IMG/VR virus record: IMGVR_UViG_3300028883_000036
Span: 32,001 to 96,000 of that record
Direction: 5' to 3' (one strand)
Origin: a virus
DNA: 64,000 nt
Below the pieces are notes generated by a model. That model had not been told where the DNA came from. It saw only the letters and a list, made by a program, of their open reading frames with translations, and did no database searches. Made by a program: the position numbers and the translations under genes. Within the stretch, counting starts at the first letter, position 1; each line of letters opens with the position of its first letter. Below, in pieces: positions 19,639 to 29,649 of the stretch.

Positions 19639-20571
19639 TTACATTTGATTTAAAATTGTTAAAACATTTTTAATTCTAATTTTACTTGAATGCATTTGTT
19701 GTATATAATTAAATGCATTTTCTCTCATTTTAGAAGTATCTTTATTCTTCCATTCATTCCATAATTTTTTAACTTGATTTGGATTATTATAACTATTGAA
19801 AGGAACATATAAATCATCTGGAATAAAATCATCCATTCCATTGAACTTCCTCATAATCATAAATGCTCCTGTTCCAAGATATTGAAAAGGTCTAACATCC
19901 ATATAACCAGGAATTTCATAACCAACACATAAACCTAAAATACATTTAGCTGAAACACTTAATTCTGGTGTTCTTTTTCTTAAATCTTGTCCTGATTGAG
20001 TCTTAAATATTTTTATAGGCATTATTTTTTGAAGGGATTCTATGAATTCTGCTCTATTATCTGCCCATCCTTGTCTATGAGCACCAGGACTACCAGTAAA
20101 TACAGGTATATTAAAGGCCAAATCAGAAGCAGGAGCAGACATTTTATCATAAGTAATAGATGAGTATGGACAAAAGAAAACAGGTATTTTAAAAGCACTC
20201 TGACAGTTTTTAACCATTGGATATGATCCTACCAAAGCAAGATCAAATACCCCTCTTAAATCTCCCATATATCTATCATGGGTTCTAGCATCTGAGCATG
20301 TATGGATAATTTTTGTATCAATATTATTTTTTATATCTTTAAAAAATTGCAATACTGTATTTACTGGATGAATATGAGAATGAAAACTCAAATGAGTAAA
20401 TATAAAATCAGGATTATAATCTAATATTCTTTTTTTAATGATATTTAATGTATTTGATTTATAATCAATCTCAAGAACATCAACATTATTCAATTTTAAT
20501 CCTTGTTTAAATGTTAAAACAAACCAACTATATCCTAATTTGGTATTACCTAATATAACTGCTTTTTTCAT
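19639..20571 (-). CDS. GT-B glycosyltransferase (CgeB/Glyco_trans_1_2-like)
   Basis: VFTGS, RAEFIE, YMDVRPFQYLGTGAF and C-terminal HSSKIRI motifs. Confidence 0.7.
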   Translation of the reverse strand: MKKAVILGNTKLGYSWFVLTFKQGLKLNNVDVLEIDYKSNTLNIIKKRILDYNPDFIFTHLSFHSHIHPVNTVLQFFKDIKNNIDTKIIHTCSDARTHDRYMGDLRGVFDLALVGSYPMVKNCQSAFKIPVFFCPYSSITYDKMSAPASDLAFNIPVFTGSPGAHRQGWADNRAEFIESLQKIMPIKIFKTQSGQDLRKRTPELSVSAKCILGLCVGYEIPGYMDVRPFQYLGTGAFMIMRKFNGMDDFIPDDLYVPFNSYNNPNQVKKLWNEWKNKDTSKMRENAFNYIQQMHSSKIRIKNVLTILNQM

Positions 20572-20580
20572 ATTATTCTC

Positions 20581-20781
20581 CTAATCATTATACATATACA
20601 AAGAACAATCATCATTATCTCTTGGATCATATTCTTCCCAATCATTTGCATTTATCCATTCTTTAGGAACTCTACTAATAATTGATTCTGTATGATTTTT
20701 CCAAAATTTTACTTTTGGATAAGATGTTCTTCTTACAGCAGATCTAACATGACACCATTCAATAGCTTCATTTAATTTCAT
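20581..20781 (-). CDS. Hypothetical protein
   Basis: 66 aa ORF with AAGG RBS. Confidence 0.55.
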   Translation of the reverse strand: MKLNEAIEWCHVRSAVRRTSYPKVKFWKNHTESIISRVPKEWINANDWEEYDPRDNDDCSLYMYND

Positions 20782-20791
20782 AAAATTTTCC

Positions 20792-22042
20792 TTATTTATT
20801 CATTCCAAATATAGATCTAAACATTTTTCTATAATTTTCAGATTGAATTTTCCAAGTCCATCCTTCTTCTATAGTTTTTCTTGCATTATTTCCCATTCTA
20901 ATTAATTCATTTCTATTCTGTTGAAAATATCTTATTTTATCAACATATGCTCCAATTTTTCTTGGAACAAGAAATCCATTATAACCATCTATAATAAATT
21001 CAGGCATATTACCTATATGATTTGATATAATCGGCCTACCACATGCAGCAGCTTCTAGAGCAGGATTTGGTGTTCCATCTTCAATTGATGCAACTACAAA
21101 ACAGTCCATTTGATTATATATTTGAGGCATTTGATCATGAGGTAATCTATCTTTCCAAGTTCTTAAATTGGTAATACTTTGAACATTAGCAGTTTTAATA
21201 GCAGGTATTATAAATTCTTTTTGTCCTTTTACTGGACATTCTTTTCCAACATGACCAACTACTAATTTACCATCTTCTTTAATAGGAGTAATGGGTTTAA
21301 AAAGTTCTTCATTTACTCCATTTGGTATATAATGAGCTTTTTCAAATCCCATATCTTGTAGCTCTTTTAATAACATTATACTATTTGCATGGTGATGCCC
21401 TGCCATTTTCATTTTTGGAAAAATTACATTTCTTCTTCTATGTGCTGTTATTCCTGTTATTTTTTTTCTTTTAGGAACTCTTGATAAAAAATTAATATAA
21501 GAAAATCCATATGTAAAATAAAGATCATATTTTTTTTGATTAATTTGACTAGTTTTTACACATCCTTCACCTAATACGCATGTTATATCAATATCAAATT
21601 CATCAGATAAATATTTTTTTAAATATTGAGATTTTATCCACCATGCCCATCCTTTAACATCTGAAATAAATAATATTTTAGGTTTTCTATTAGAGTCAAC
21701 TTTTATTGATTCTATTTTATTAAGTTCAGCTTTTTGTTGTTTATTAGGTTTAGCTTTTTGTTGTTTATTACCAACTCCTTTTCCTAATATTTTCTTATCT
21801 TTTAATTTTGGATTAACTTTAAATATTTCATCTAGTTTTTTCTTTATAAGATTTTTTTGATGCATTGCTTTATTAGTTGTTGCTTTTGCCTCTTGATTTT
21901 TTATTTTATTTATTTCTCTTTTTAAAGAACTTAATTTCACCTCATTCATTTTATGGATATTTTTTATATCTTCATCACTATATTTAAAATATTTCTGAAC
22001 ATCTTCTATCAATTGTCTAAGTTCTATATTATTCATAAGCAC
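20792..22042 (-). CDS. GT4 glycosyltransferase with basic N-terminal extension
   Basis: IPNGV, HVGK..VKG and EDGTPNPALEAAACGRPII motifs; paralog of 18313..19362. Confidence 0.88.
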   Translation of the reverse strand: MLMNNIELRQLIEDVQKYFKYSDEDIKNIHKMNEVKLSSLKREINKIKNQEAKATTNKAMHQKNLIKKKLDEIFKVNPKLKDKKILGKGVGNKQQKAKPNKQQKAELNKIESIKVDSNRKPKILFISDVKGWAWWIKSQYLKKYLSDEFDIDITCVLGEGCVKTSQINQKKYDLYFTYGFSYINFLSRVPKRKKITGITAHRRRNVIFPKMKMAGHHHANSIMLLKELQDMGFEKAHYIPNGVNEELFKPITPIKEDGKLVVGHVGKECPVKGQKEFIIPAIKTANVQSITNLRTWKDRLPHDQMPQIYNQMDCFVVASIEDGTPNPALEAAACGRPIISNHIGNMPEFIIDGYNGFLVPRKIGAYVDKIRYFQQNRNELIRMGNNARKTIEEGWTWKIQSENYRKMFRSIFGMNK

Positions 22043-22902
22043 TCTCTTATAATATTAATTGCATAATCTATTGTAAATTCAGGCCATTCTTTTTCTATTT
22101 TATCAAATATTTCTTCTATAACAACATTTTTAACTTTTGACATAGTTGATACAAAATAATCTAATTCTTTTATATCTTTAATTAATAATCCATTAAACAT
22201 AGAATGAAAATATTTATGTTCTATAGGAAGTAAAGGTAAACATCCCATATTCATAGCATATAAATATTCTGGATTCAAGTAACCAATTTTATATGCTTTG
22301 TCTGTATCAAAAGCAACAGTAGTATTACCTTTATCATATATAGGATATCTATTATTTAAAAAAATAAGATTATCTTTTCTATATTCTTCTTTCTTAAAAT
22401 CAGATATAAACATTGTATCATATGCCACTTTTTTATCATGAAATACTCTTGAATAATTTTGTATCCATTTTTCAAATCCTTTGATTTGATATTCTAATTT
22501 ATAATAGGAGTATACTAAATCAAATTTTCTATGTTCATGATCAACTATAATTTTAGTATCATCTATCCATTCAGGAAGATATTTAAATCCAAATCTTTCT
22601 GAATTAATAGCAGGTTCAAATAAAAAAGTATTAAATTTACTACACCAATTTACTTCTTTTTCTGTCAATGAAAATGATCTATCAAATATAACAATAGGTA
22701 TATCTGATTTTATATAAGTCTGTAATAAGGATGCTTGCTTTAACCAAGCACCCTCATGTTCAGATATTTTAGAAACCCAATCAATAAATAAACCATCAAT
22801 ATCTATTGGATTTTTTGGATCAAAATCATCAATTAAAATAAAAGGTAAACCTAACTTTTGTTTAAATTTTGTAGTTAATTTATTTGATAAAATTCCTATC
22901 AT
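22033..22902 (-). CDS. Hypothetical protein, possibly a degenerate GT-B
   Basis: PIVIFD and YAMNMGCLPL resemble GT-B elements; lies at the edge of the glycan island. Confidence 0.45.
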   Translation of the reverse strand: MIGILSNKLTTKFKQKLGLPFILIDDFDPKNPIDIDGLFIDWVSKISEHEGAWLKQASLLQTYIKSDIPIVIFDRSFSLTEKEVNWCSKFNTFLFEPAINSERFGFKYLPEWIDDTKIIVDHEHRKFDLVYSYYKLEYQIKGFEKWIQNYSRVFHDKKVAYDTMFISDFKKEEYRKDNLIFLNNRYPIYDKGNTTVAFDTDKAYKIGYLNPEYLYAMNMGCLPLLPIEHKYFHSMFNGLLIKDIKELDYFVSTMSKVKNVVIEEIFDKIEKEWPEFTIDYAINIIRECL

Positions 22903-22904
22903 AA

Positions 22905-23294
22905 CTAATCCTCTTTTGGTGGAATTATACTTTTCTTTGCTCCTGTTTTTTTAGATTTTACTTTTTTCAGCATTTCTTCATGATCATCTTTGCTAATTAC
23001 AGTTCCTTCTAACATTGCTGTTTTAAGAATTACTGCTTTAACTGGATCACTTAATGCATGACACCCACCATCAAATGATACCTCATCAATTTTAAGTCCT
23101 TTAAATCCTTTAACTTTATTTTTTGCAAATTTAACCAAAGTATTTATAGCTTCTTCACTAGTATAAGCAATAATACCAGCAGTATATGCTTGATCTTTAC
23201 TGCTTCCTTTTACATCCATTTCATATCTGATCTTATAAAGACCAATTCCCTTTTCTGTTTTAAAATTATCATTTCTTTCTACATTTTCAATCAT
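22905..23294 (-). CDS. Hypothetical protein
   Basis: 129 aa ORF in operon. Confidence 0.6.
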   Translation of the reverse strand: MIENVERNDNFKTEKGIGLYKIRYEMDVKGSSKDQAYTAGIIAYTSEEAINTLVKFAKNKVKGFKGLKIDEVSFDGGCHALSDPVKAVILKTAMLEGTVISKDDHEEMLKKVKSKKTGAKKSIIPPKED

Positions 23295-23296
23295 TT

Positions 23297-23572
23297 TTAT
23301 TCTCCTTTATCTTCTTCCATATAATCATATATGGGAATATATTCAACACTTCCATAAGATTTACTAATTATCTCATAGTAAGTTATTGGTTGTCCTATTT
23401 CTTTATTTTGCTTCTGACCAATTAGATTTTTTCCATAAAGAAAATAATCACCTATTTCTAAATTATTCATATCAATTTCTTTATCAATTTCTTTTAATCT
23501 AATAAATATTGTTTTTCTCATATCAAACTCCTGTGCTACCAAATCCACATTCAGATCTATTTGTATTTTCAT
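23297..23572 (-). CDS. Hypothetical protein
   Basis: ORF in operon; true start may be downstream of 23572. Confidence 0.5.
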   Translation of the reverse strand: MKIQIDLNVDLVAQEFDMRKTIFIRLKEIDKEIDMNNLEIGDYFLYGKNLIGQKQNKEIGQPITYYEIISKSYGSVEYIPIYDYMEEDKGE

Positions 23573-24575
23573 TAAAACTATCTACTTCTATTATTTTTAC
23601 ATGAACTACTTGTCTAGGAATAGCTTGTAACATTCTAACTGGTAATTCTGGTTCTGGTTTTGATTTATCTATTTTTATCATTGGAGCTAATATTTCACCA
23701 GAATATCCTCTATCTATAATACCAATACTATTAGATAACATATATCCATATTTTGATATAGAACTTCTAGGAACAATATCAACATACCATCCATATGCAG
23801 GTTTTATTTTTATTCCTGTTCCGAACCAATGAATATCACCATCTTCTTTTATTTTTCTATTAAAAGTTAAATCATATCCACAATCGGATGCTCTTTTTTT
23901 GAATGGAATAACAGCATTTTTATGAGTTTTTACTACTCTAAATTCTATAAATTTTTTATTATTTCCTATACCTTTTAATCCAGGCAAATAAGATGCCCAA
24001 TCCAAATATCTATAAAATTTTCTATCCAAATAAATAGAAGCATTATCATATAATAATGACAAGAAATCTAAAGCATTAATACCATAAAATAGTAACTTAT
24101 CATTTATTTTATGTGATTCAATATTTATTTTACTTTGAATACCATATAATAATTTATCAGATTTATTTGTAATTCCACATTCGGGACTATCTCTACCATC
24201 TGTGGTTCTAATATAACCATCTCCATCCATAACCCCTCTAATAAAATGTATTATAAAATCATCTTCAATTTCTGGAAAATCAACTATTTCTGATTTTTTA
24301 CCACAATTTATTTTTAAATGTCTACATACATCCTTAATCATTTCTTTTGATGAAAGAGATATTCCTACTAAATTATTATCTTTTTTATTAATTGGTAATG
24401 AATCACAAATAATATTTCTTATTTTCTCAATTAATGATATATCTTTTTTATTAATATAAATTTGGATAATAGATTCACATATACTTCCATCTGCTGCTAT
24501 AAATCCTAATATATATGCTTTTTCTTCTGAATCTATATTTTTGAAAAAATTTCTATTAGTTATCATTTTTTTCAA
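23523..24575 (-). CDS. dut: LAGLIDADG endonuclease-dUTPase fusion
   Basis: N-terminal AYILGFIAADG and FIRGVMDGDG. C-terminal dUTPase motifs DCGYDL, PRSSISK, GIIDRGYSGEI, Q and RSECGFGSTG. Confidence 0.85.
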   Translation of the reverse strand: MKKMITNRNFFKNIDSEEKAYILGFIAADGSICESIIQIYINKKDISLIEKIRNIICDSLPINKKDNNLVGISLSSKEMIKDVCRHLKINCGKKSEIVDFPEIEDDFIIHFIRGVMDGDGYIRTTDGRDSPECGITNKSDKLLYGIQSKINIESHKINDKLLFYGINALDFLSLLYDNASIYLDRKFYRYLDWASYLPGLKGIGNNKKFIEFRVVKTHKNAVIPFKKRASDCGYDLTFNRKIKEDGDIHWFGTGIKIKPAYGWYVDIVPRSSISKYGYMLSNSIGIIDRGYSGEILAPMIKIDKSKPEPELPVRMLQAIPRQVVHVKIIEVDSFNENTNRSECGFGSTGV

Positions 24576-25681
24576 TTCTTTCCCTTTATTTTCTTTGGTT
24601 CTTCAACTTCAACTTCAGATTCAATCATTTGTTCTGCTCTTTCAACTTCTTCATTATGTGAAGAATATCCTGTATCTTCTAACCATTTATCAAGCATATC
24701 CAAAAAATCATCACCAAGTTCTTCAATAGCTTTTATTGCATTAATTCTACCTTGACCTAACCTTTCATCTCCCATTTTATACCATGCTCCATTCTGTTGA
24801 ACAATATTAGCTTCAATAGCCAAATCAAGTAATCCTGCATATGATTGAACACCATCATTAAAATCAATTTGAACAGTAGCATTTTGAAAAGGTGGATACC
24901 CCCTATTTTTTACTGTACTCGCTATAATTTCATTCCCAACTATAGCACCCCTTTCTTTTCCTTTTTTATTAGGAAATTCATATAATGCTCTTTTAACCAA
25001 AGTAACAAGAATACTTGGTAGAAGTTTCATTGCCTTACCACCACCAATTTTATCTGGATTATATTGATCATTTGGATTTCCATAATAGTGACCAGTACAA
25101 ATACCAACACAATTTTGATTAATACATATATTCAAATATAATTTCAACATTGCTTTAATATCTTTTTGAAGCAATCCTTGATCTTGTTTTACATTACCAT
25201 CTAATGCATCATTATATGCTTTTAATCTATTAAGACCACCAACAGAATCAAGACCAATTATCAATCCTTCTTCTCCTGTTTCCTTTATTTGAGCTAGTAT
25301 TGGCATTACTTCATCAATCCAAGGAGTATAGATATAAAATATATTATTTACATCAAGACCCCATCTTGCACAAAAATCAGCATCACAACCACCTTCAGTA
25401 TCTATAATAATAGGTTTATATCCTTGCTTCTGAGCATTAACCATACATAATACCATAAATGATGATTTAAAAGTATGTTCTGGTCCAATAATTCCCATTA
25501 AATTTCTAGATTTAATTCCACCCCTTAAATTACCACTTAAAATACGATTCAAATCATAACAAGGAGTCATTACTGAAAATCTATCTGCTGCTATGGTTGA
25601 CTCTGACATTATAGAAGCATGAACACCCTTTACTTTTTTATCAATACTTTTTTTCAAATTATTAAAGAAATCATCCATCAA
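24572..25681 (-). CDS. uvsX: UvsX/RecA-like recombinase
   Basis: LNRILSG, Walker A GPEHTFKS, IDTEG, LDSVG, GGGKA, KNR.PPF and GAWY motifs. Confidence 0.9.
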   Translation of the reverse strand: MMDDFFNNLKKSIDKKVKGVHASIMSESTIAADRFSVMTPCYDLNRILSGNLRGGIKSRNLMGIIGPEHTFKSSFMVLCMVNAQKQGYKPIIIDTEGGCDADFCARWGLDVNNIFYIYTPWIDEVMPILAQIKETGEEGLIIGLDSVGGLNRLKAYNDALDGNVKQDQGLLQKDIKAMLKLYLNICINQNCVGICTGHYYGNPNDQYNPDKIGGGKAMKLLPSILVTLVKRALYEFPNKKGKERGAIVGNEIIASTVKNRGYPPFQNATVQIDFNDGVQSYAGLLDLAIEANIVQQNGAWYKMGDERLGQGRINAIKAIEELGDDFLDMLDKWLEDTGYSSHNEEVERAEQMIESEVEVEEPKKIKGKN

Positions 25682-25832
25682 TTATCTCCTTTATTAATTC
25701 CCATTTTGCTTCGCATCCATCAAGTATACATTTTATGGGCTTAATATCATTCCCAACTTTTATTTCACATTGTATATTATTATTACAATTTTTTTCTTTA
25801 CAAATAAATATTTTATAATCTTGATTATTCAT
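25671..25832 (-). CDS. Small Cys-rich protein (53 aa, not in the ORF track)
   Basis: Manual translation MNNQDYKIFICKEKNCNNNIQCEIKVGNDIKPIKCILDGCEAKWELIKEIIDG*; overlaps both neighbours. Confidence 0.5.
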   Translation of the reverse strand: MNNQDYKIFICKEKNCNNNIQCEIKVGNDIKPIKCILDGCEAKWELIKEIIDG

Positions 25833-26082
25833 TTATTTCCTTCACTGAAATAAAATTTGAAAATGCTACCTTTACAAAAATATAATCTTTATAATCATAA
25901 AATATAAGGATATTGCCATCTATTTTACAATAACGAGATTCAATTACTTCTTCAATTACTTCTTCCCATTGTTTTTCTTTTTCTTTATCATATTTAACTT
26001 CATAATATTTAACTTTAAATTTTTTCATAATCATCTTTGTCATGATACATCTCCTTAATATATTTATAATATTTTTACCCAC
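25825..26082 (-). CDS. Hypothetical protein (likely start at 26043)
   Basis: AAGGAG RBS upstream of MTKMIM. Confidence 0.55.
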   Translation of the reverse strand: MGKNIINILRRCIMTKMIMKKFKVKYYEVKYDKEKEKQWEEVIEEVIESRYCKIDGNILIFYDYKDYIFVKVAFSNFISVKEINE

Positions 26083-26414
26083 TTATTATCTTTCTTACCT
26101 TCTATTTTAAGATTATTAGATTTTATTTGTTCTTCTACCATTTCATCAATAGATTTTCCATTCATTACCTGATAGACCATCATAGAATGCCATAATTTAA
26201 ATTTAGGATGTTTAATCAAACCATCAAATGCTTCCTTGATATTTGCTTTTCTTTCACGATTTGATTGACCAGTAGCCATAGCACCCGATTCTTTATGATG
26301 TATTCTTACACAATTTTGATGTTTATTTCTATATTGCCCACCTGCTCCTTTACCAGAAAAATATTCAATATTTAAATTTTTTTTAGTTACTGAAAATAAT
26401 AATTCTTTTTTCAT
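26064..26414 (-). CDS. GGQ-domain peptide chain release factor-like / peptidyl-tRNA hydrolase
   Basis: SGKGAGGQYRNK, VRIHHKESG and R...N...A motifs of class I release factor domain 3. Confidence 0.85.
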   Translation of the reverse strand: MKKELLFSVTKKNLNIEYFSGKGAGGQYRNKHQNCVRIHHKESGAMATGQSNRERKANIKEAFDGLIKHPKFKLWHSMMVYQVMNGKSIDEMVEEQIKSNNLKIEGKKDNKWVKIL

Positions 26415-26448
26415 TTTTTATTTTTCTCCATATGATAAATTCCAATTA

Positions 26449-29400
26449 TCATATAATTACCCTTGAATATCCATCTTCTTTTATTACTTTATATTGATTA
26501 TCAATTAATTCAGCATCAATTTCTTGTCTATGAGATATAATAAAAACTTTTTTATTAGATTCATTTTGTTTCGTTTTTATAATCTTCATAATTTGATCCA
26601 TACCAATACCATCAATAGAGCTATCTAATAATTCATCTAAAATTAAAATATCTGGAAAAAGACCACTTTGAACTTGTGCAATATCTAATAATGAAAGTTG
26701 TAAAGCAATATCAATACCCCTTCTTTCTCCCCCACTTAATGAATCATATGTTGCATTTCTTATTCCTGGTCCTTTAATCTCAACATCTAACCATTTATCT
26801 ATATTAACATAAAATCCATAATTTACTTCTGATAAATAATAATTTGTTTGTTTATTTAAAAAAGGCATTATTTGTTTTATAGTAAATTGTTTTATATTTT
26901 CATCTTTGAGGATATACTTGATAGAATTCAAATAGTCAACAATATTATTAAGTTTAATTTTATTATCTTTTAATTCTTTTACATTTTCTTTTATTTTAAA
27001 TATTTTTTCATTTTGTTCTTTAATCATTTCTTTCAATGATTTCACATGTCTTTTAACTTCTTCTACTTGTGATTTCTTTATATCAAGTTCTTTTTCTTTA
27101 GCTTTTATTATAGAATGTTCTCTATTTAAATCAGTTAATCTATTATCCAATGCTTTTATTTTATTATTATGTTCTATTTGATTTTTTTTAAATATTTCTA
27201 CAGCATCCATTCGATTTTGAGCTATTAAACTTTTTGATTCAATTAGCTCATCTTTATTTTTTTCAGAATCAACATCTTTGATTTTACTTCTTAAATCATT
27301 CAATGTATCTTTAGTTTTATGAAGCACTTTAATTTTATTTTCATAAGTTTCTGTTTCTTTTTGATATTTTGTTGAATTTTTATCATAATCATCATATTCT
27401 TTTTGAACAACAATAATTCTTTTTTTAATAGATGTTATATCTTTCTTATGATGTTTTATTGGATCTTTAACATCCTGCCCACATGTAGGACATTTACCTT
27501 CAGCTAACAAAGCAAGTCCTTCTTCATTTTTTTTCAAATCAGCTTTAAGATTTGCTAATTCCTTATATAATTTTAATTTTGATAAATTAACATCATTCAA
27601 TGATTTCTTATAACTTTCCAATTTTTTTCCAGCAATATCAATATCATTAATAATATTATCAATATCTCCTGTTTTTTCTATAATATTATCAATACTTTTT
27701 TGAATTTTTTTATTTATTTTTCTTTGTTCTTCTAAATCATCTATGGCTTTTATTTCTTTTTCTATTTGTTTACATCGTGTATCTTCACTTGCTAAATATT
27801 TTTCATGTTTAATTTGAACAATAGAAAAATCCTTTTCCCTTTGTCTGATTTCATTATTAGTGTTTACAATCTTTATATCCAAATCAGGATTATCTTCTTT
27901 GAGTTTATCTATTTTTTCTTGAATCTCATCTACCCCTTCTATGGATTCTTTTTTACTTTTTATTTCAGTATGAAATTTATTTTTTAATACTTTAGATGAT
28001 TCTATATTATCATTTCCTGAATTTATATCAGTATCAATTTTATATTTCTTATTTTCTATTTCCCTAAGTTTTTCATTACATAATTTATTCATATCAGAAT
28101 AAATAATAAGTCCAAACATTCTTTCAAGAAATGCTCTCTTTTCAGGTTTTTTCATATTCATTATATTAGCTGAACTATTAACATTAGAATGAATTAAACT
28201 CATAAACATTTTTACATCCATTCCAAATATATTTTCAAACATAGACTGATAATCTGTTTTATGAGCATCTTGATCTAATAAATCACCATTTTTATATATT
28301 TCAAGTGAATTGGGTTTAAGTTTTCTATTGATTTCATATATATCATCATTTATTTTAAATCTAAATACTACCTGACAATTCTTTTTATTTTTCCAATTTA
28401 CTATTTGATTTTGTTTTATATCTCTTGCAGTTTTACCAAATAAAGCAAATGGTATAGTCTCAAGAAAAGAACTTTTACCTGCTCCATTGGATTTTCCTTT
28501 ATCTTTATCAATTCCAGTTACAAAATTAACACCATTATGTAATGGTATTTCTTGCCATTTACTACCAAATGATAAAAAGTTTTGAAACCCAATATCAATA
28601 CATTCAATTTTAGTTCCTTCAGCAATTTTTATATTAGATTTAGAATCTCCTGCTTCTTTCATTAATTTTTTAAATATATTTTTTAATAATTTAATATCAG
28701 TATTAGTTGAAAATGTTTGAGTTTCAATATATTGATCTACAATCTTTTCTTTACTATCCATTTCAACACATTCATCTTCAGTAACTTCTTCTTCTGATTT
28801 TAAATTAGTAAAATTGACTGAATATAAAAATGGTTTACATTTTAAAATATTATCAACAATTTCTTGATTAGCATTAGTTCCGAAATCTTTAGTAAATATT
28901 ATTTTAACAATATTATCTTTTATTTCATTTTCATTTAATGGTTCAGAATTTGTATATATTTTTACAAATTTAGGAGCATCTTTATATTCTATAAATGTAA
29001 GTTTACCATCTTCAAATATATGATATCCTCTTACTCCACCAGCATCATGAAAAGTTTGCCCATAAGGAGCACCCAAATAAGTTATATTATATTTACTTGA
29101 TGGAGTATGAAAATGCCCACTTAAAACTTTATCAAAATCCTTAAATGTTACTTTATCTAACCCATCTTTGCATTTATATGAATCATTCATATGAAATCCA
29201 TTAATAGCAAAATGACCAAAACAATATTTACTATTTTGAGTACTTGAAGGTATTTCCCCCCAAGGAACTAATAATATATCATCCAATTTAGTTATTTCAT
29301 CAATAATTGATATATTATTATATTCTTTAAATAATTCTAATGTATTAGGTTGAATTTGATTTTTATAGTAGCAATCATGATTTCCTACTATAATATAACT

Positions 29401-29634
29401 GTGAAGATTTTTTGCATGTTGCAGAATTTTTGCAATTCTATGTGCAGTATGTTGTGTTTTTGTATTAAGACTTTTTCTATTATTAAAAAAATCCCCTAAA
29501 TGAATAAGTTGTGTAATATTGTTTTTAATACAATATTTTACAATATGTTTATAAAAATTAAGGACTATATTCAACCAAGCATCTGCATCAGAATATAATC
29601 CTAAATGAGTATCGCTTACAATTAATCTTTTCAC
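26449..29634 (-). CDS. Fused gp47-gp46 (Mre11-Rad50 / SbcD-SbcC) recombination nuclease
   Basis: SDTHLG, LGDFF, GNHD and SGHFH phosphoesterase motifs, then FQNFLSFG, NGAGKSS, CPTC hook, LSGGE, LILDE and IISH in the same frame; GTG start. Confidence 0.9.
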   Translation of the reverse strand: MKRLIVSDTHLGLYSDADAWLNIVLNFYKHIVKYCIKNNITQLIHLGDFFNNRKSLNTKTQHTAHRIAKILQHAKNLHSYIIVGNHDCYYKNQIQPNTLELFKEYNNISIIDEITKLDDILLVPWGEIPSSTQNSKYCFGHFAINGFHMNDSYKCKDGLDKVTFKDFDKVLSGHFHTPSSKYNITYLGAPYGQTFHDAGGVRGYHIFEDGKLTFIEYKDAPKFVKIYTNSEPLNENEIKDNIVKIIFTKDFGTNANQEIVDNILKCKPFLYSVNFTNLKSEEEVTEDECVEMDSKEKIVDQYIETQTFSTNTDIKLLKNIFKKLMKEAGDSKSNIKIAEGTKIECIDIGFQNFLSFGSKWQEIPLHNGVNFVTGIDKDKGKSNGAGKSSFLETIPFALFGKTARDIKQNQIVNWKNKKNCQVVFRFKINDDIYEINRKLKPNSLEIYKNGDLLDQDAHKTDYQSMFENIFGMDVKMFMSLIHSNVNSSANIMNMKKPEKRAFLERMFGLIIYSDMNKLCNEKLREIENKKYKIDTDINSGNDNIESSKVLKNKFHTEIKSKKESIEGVDEIQEKIDKLKEDNPDLDIKIVNTNNEIRQREKDFSIVQIKHEKYLASEDTRCKQIEKEIKAIDDLEEQRKINKKIQKSIDNIIEKTGDIDNIINDIDIAGKKLESYKKSLNDVNLSKLKLYKELANLKADLKKNEEGLALLAEGKCPTCGQDVKDPIKHHKKDITSIKKRIIVVQKEYDDYDKNSTKYQKETETYENKIKVLHKTKDTLNDLRSKIKDVDSEKNKDELIESKSLIAQNRMDAVEIFKKNQIEHNNKIKALDNRLTDLNREHSIIKAKEKELDIKKSQVEEVKRHVKSLKEMIKEQNEKIFKIKENVKELKDNKIKLNNIVDYLNSIKYILKDENIKQFTIKQIMPFLNKQTNYYLSEVNYGFYVNIDKWLDVEIKGPGIRNATYDSLSGGERRGIDIALQLSLLDIAQVQSGLFPDILILDELLDSSIDGIGMDQIMKIIKTKQNESNKKVFIISHRQEIDAELIDNQYKVIKEDGYSRVII

Positions 29635-29649
29635 AAATTACCCCTTTTT

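Noticed and set aside
23523-24575. Intein in dUTPase
   Set aside because: The LAGLIDADG domain is at the N-terminus rather than inserted, with no Cys/Ser start or His-Asn end of a splicing domain.
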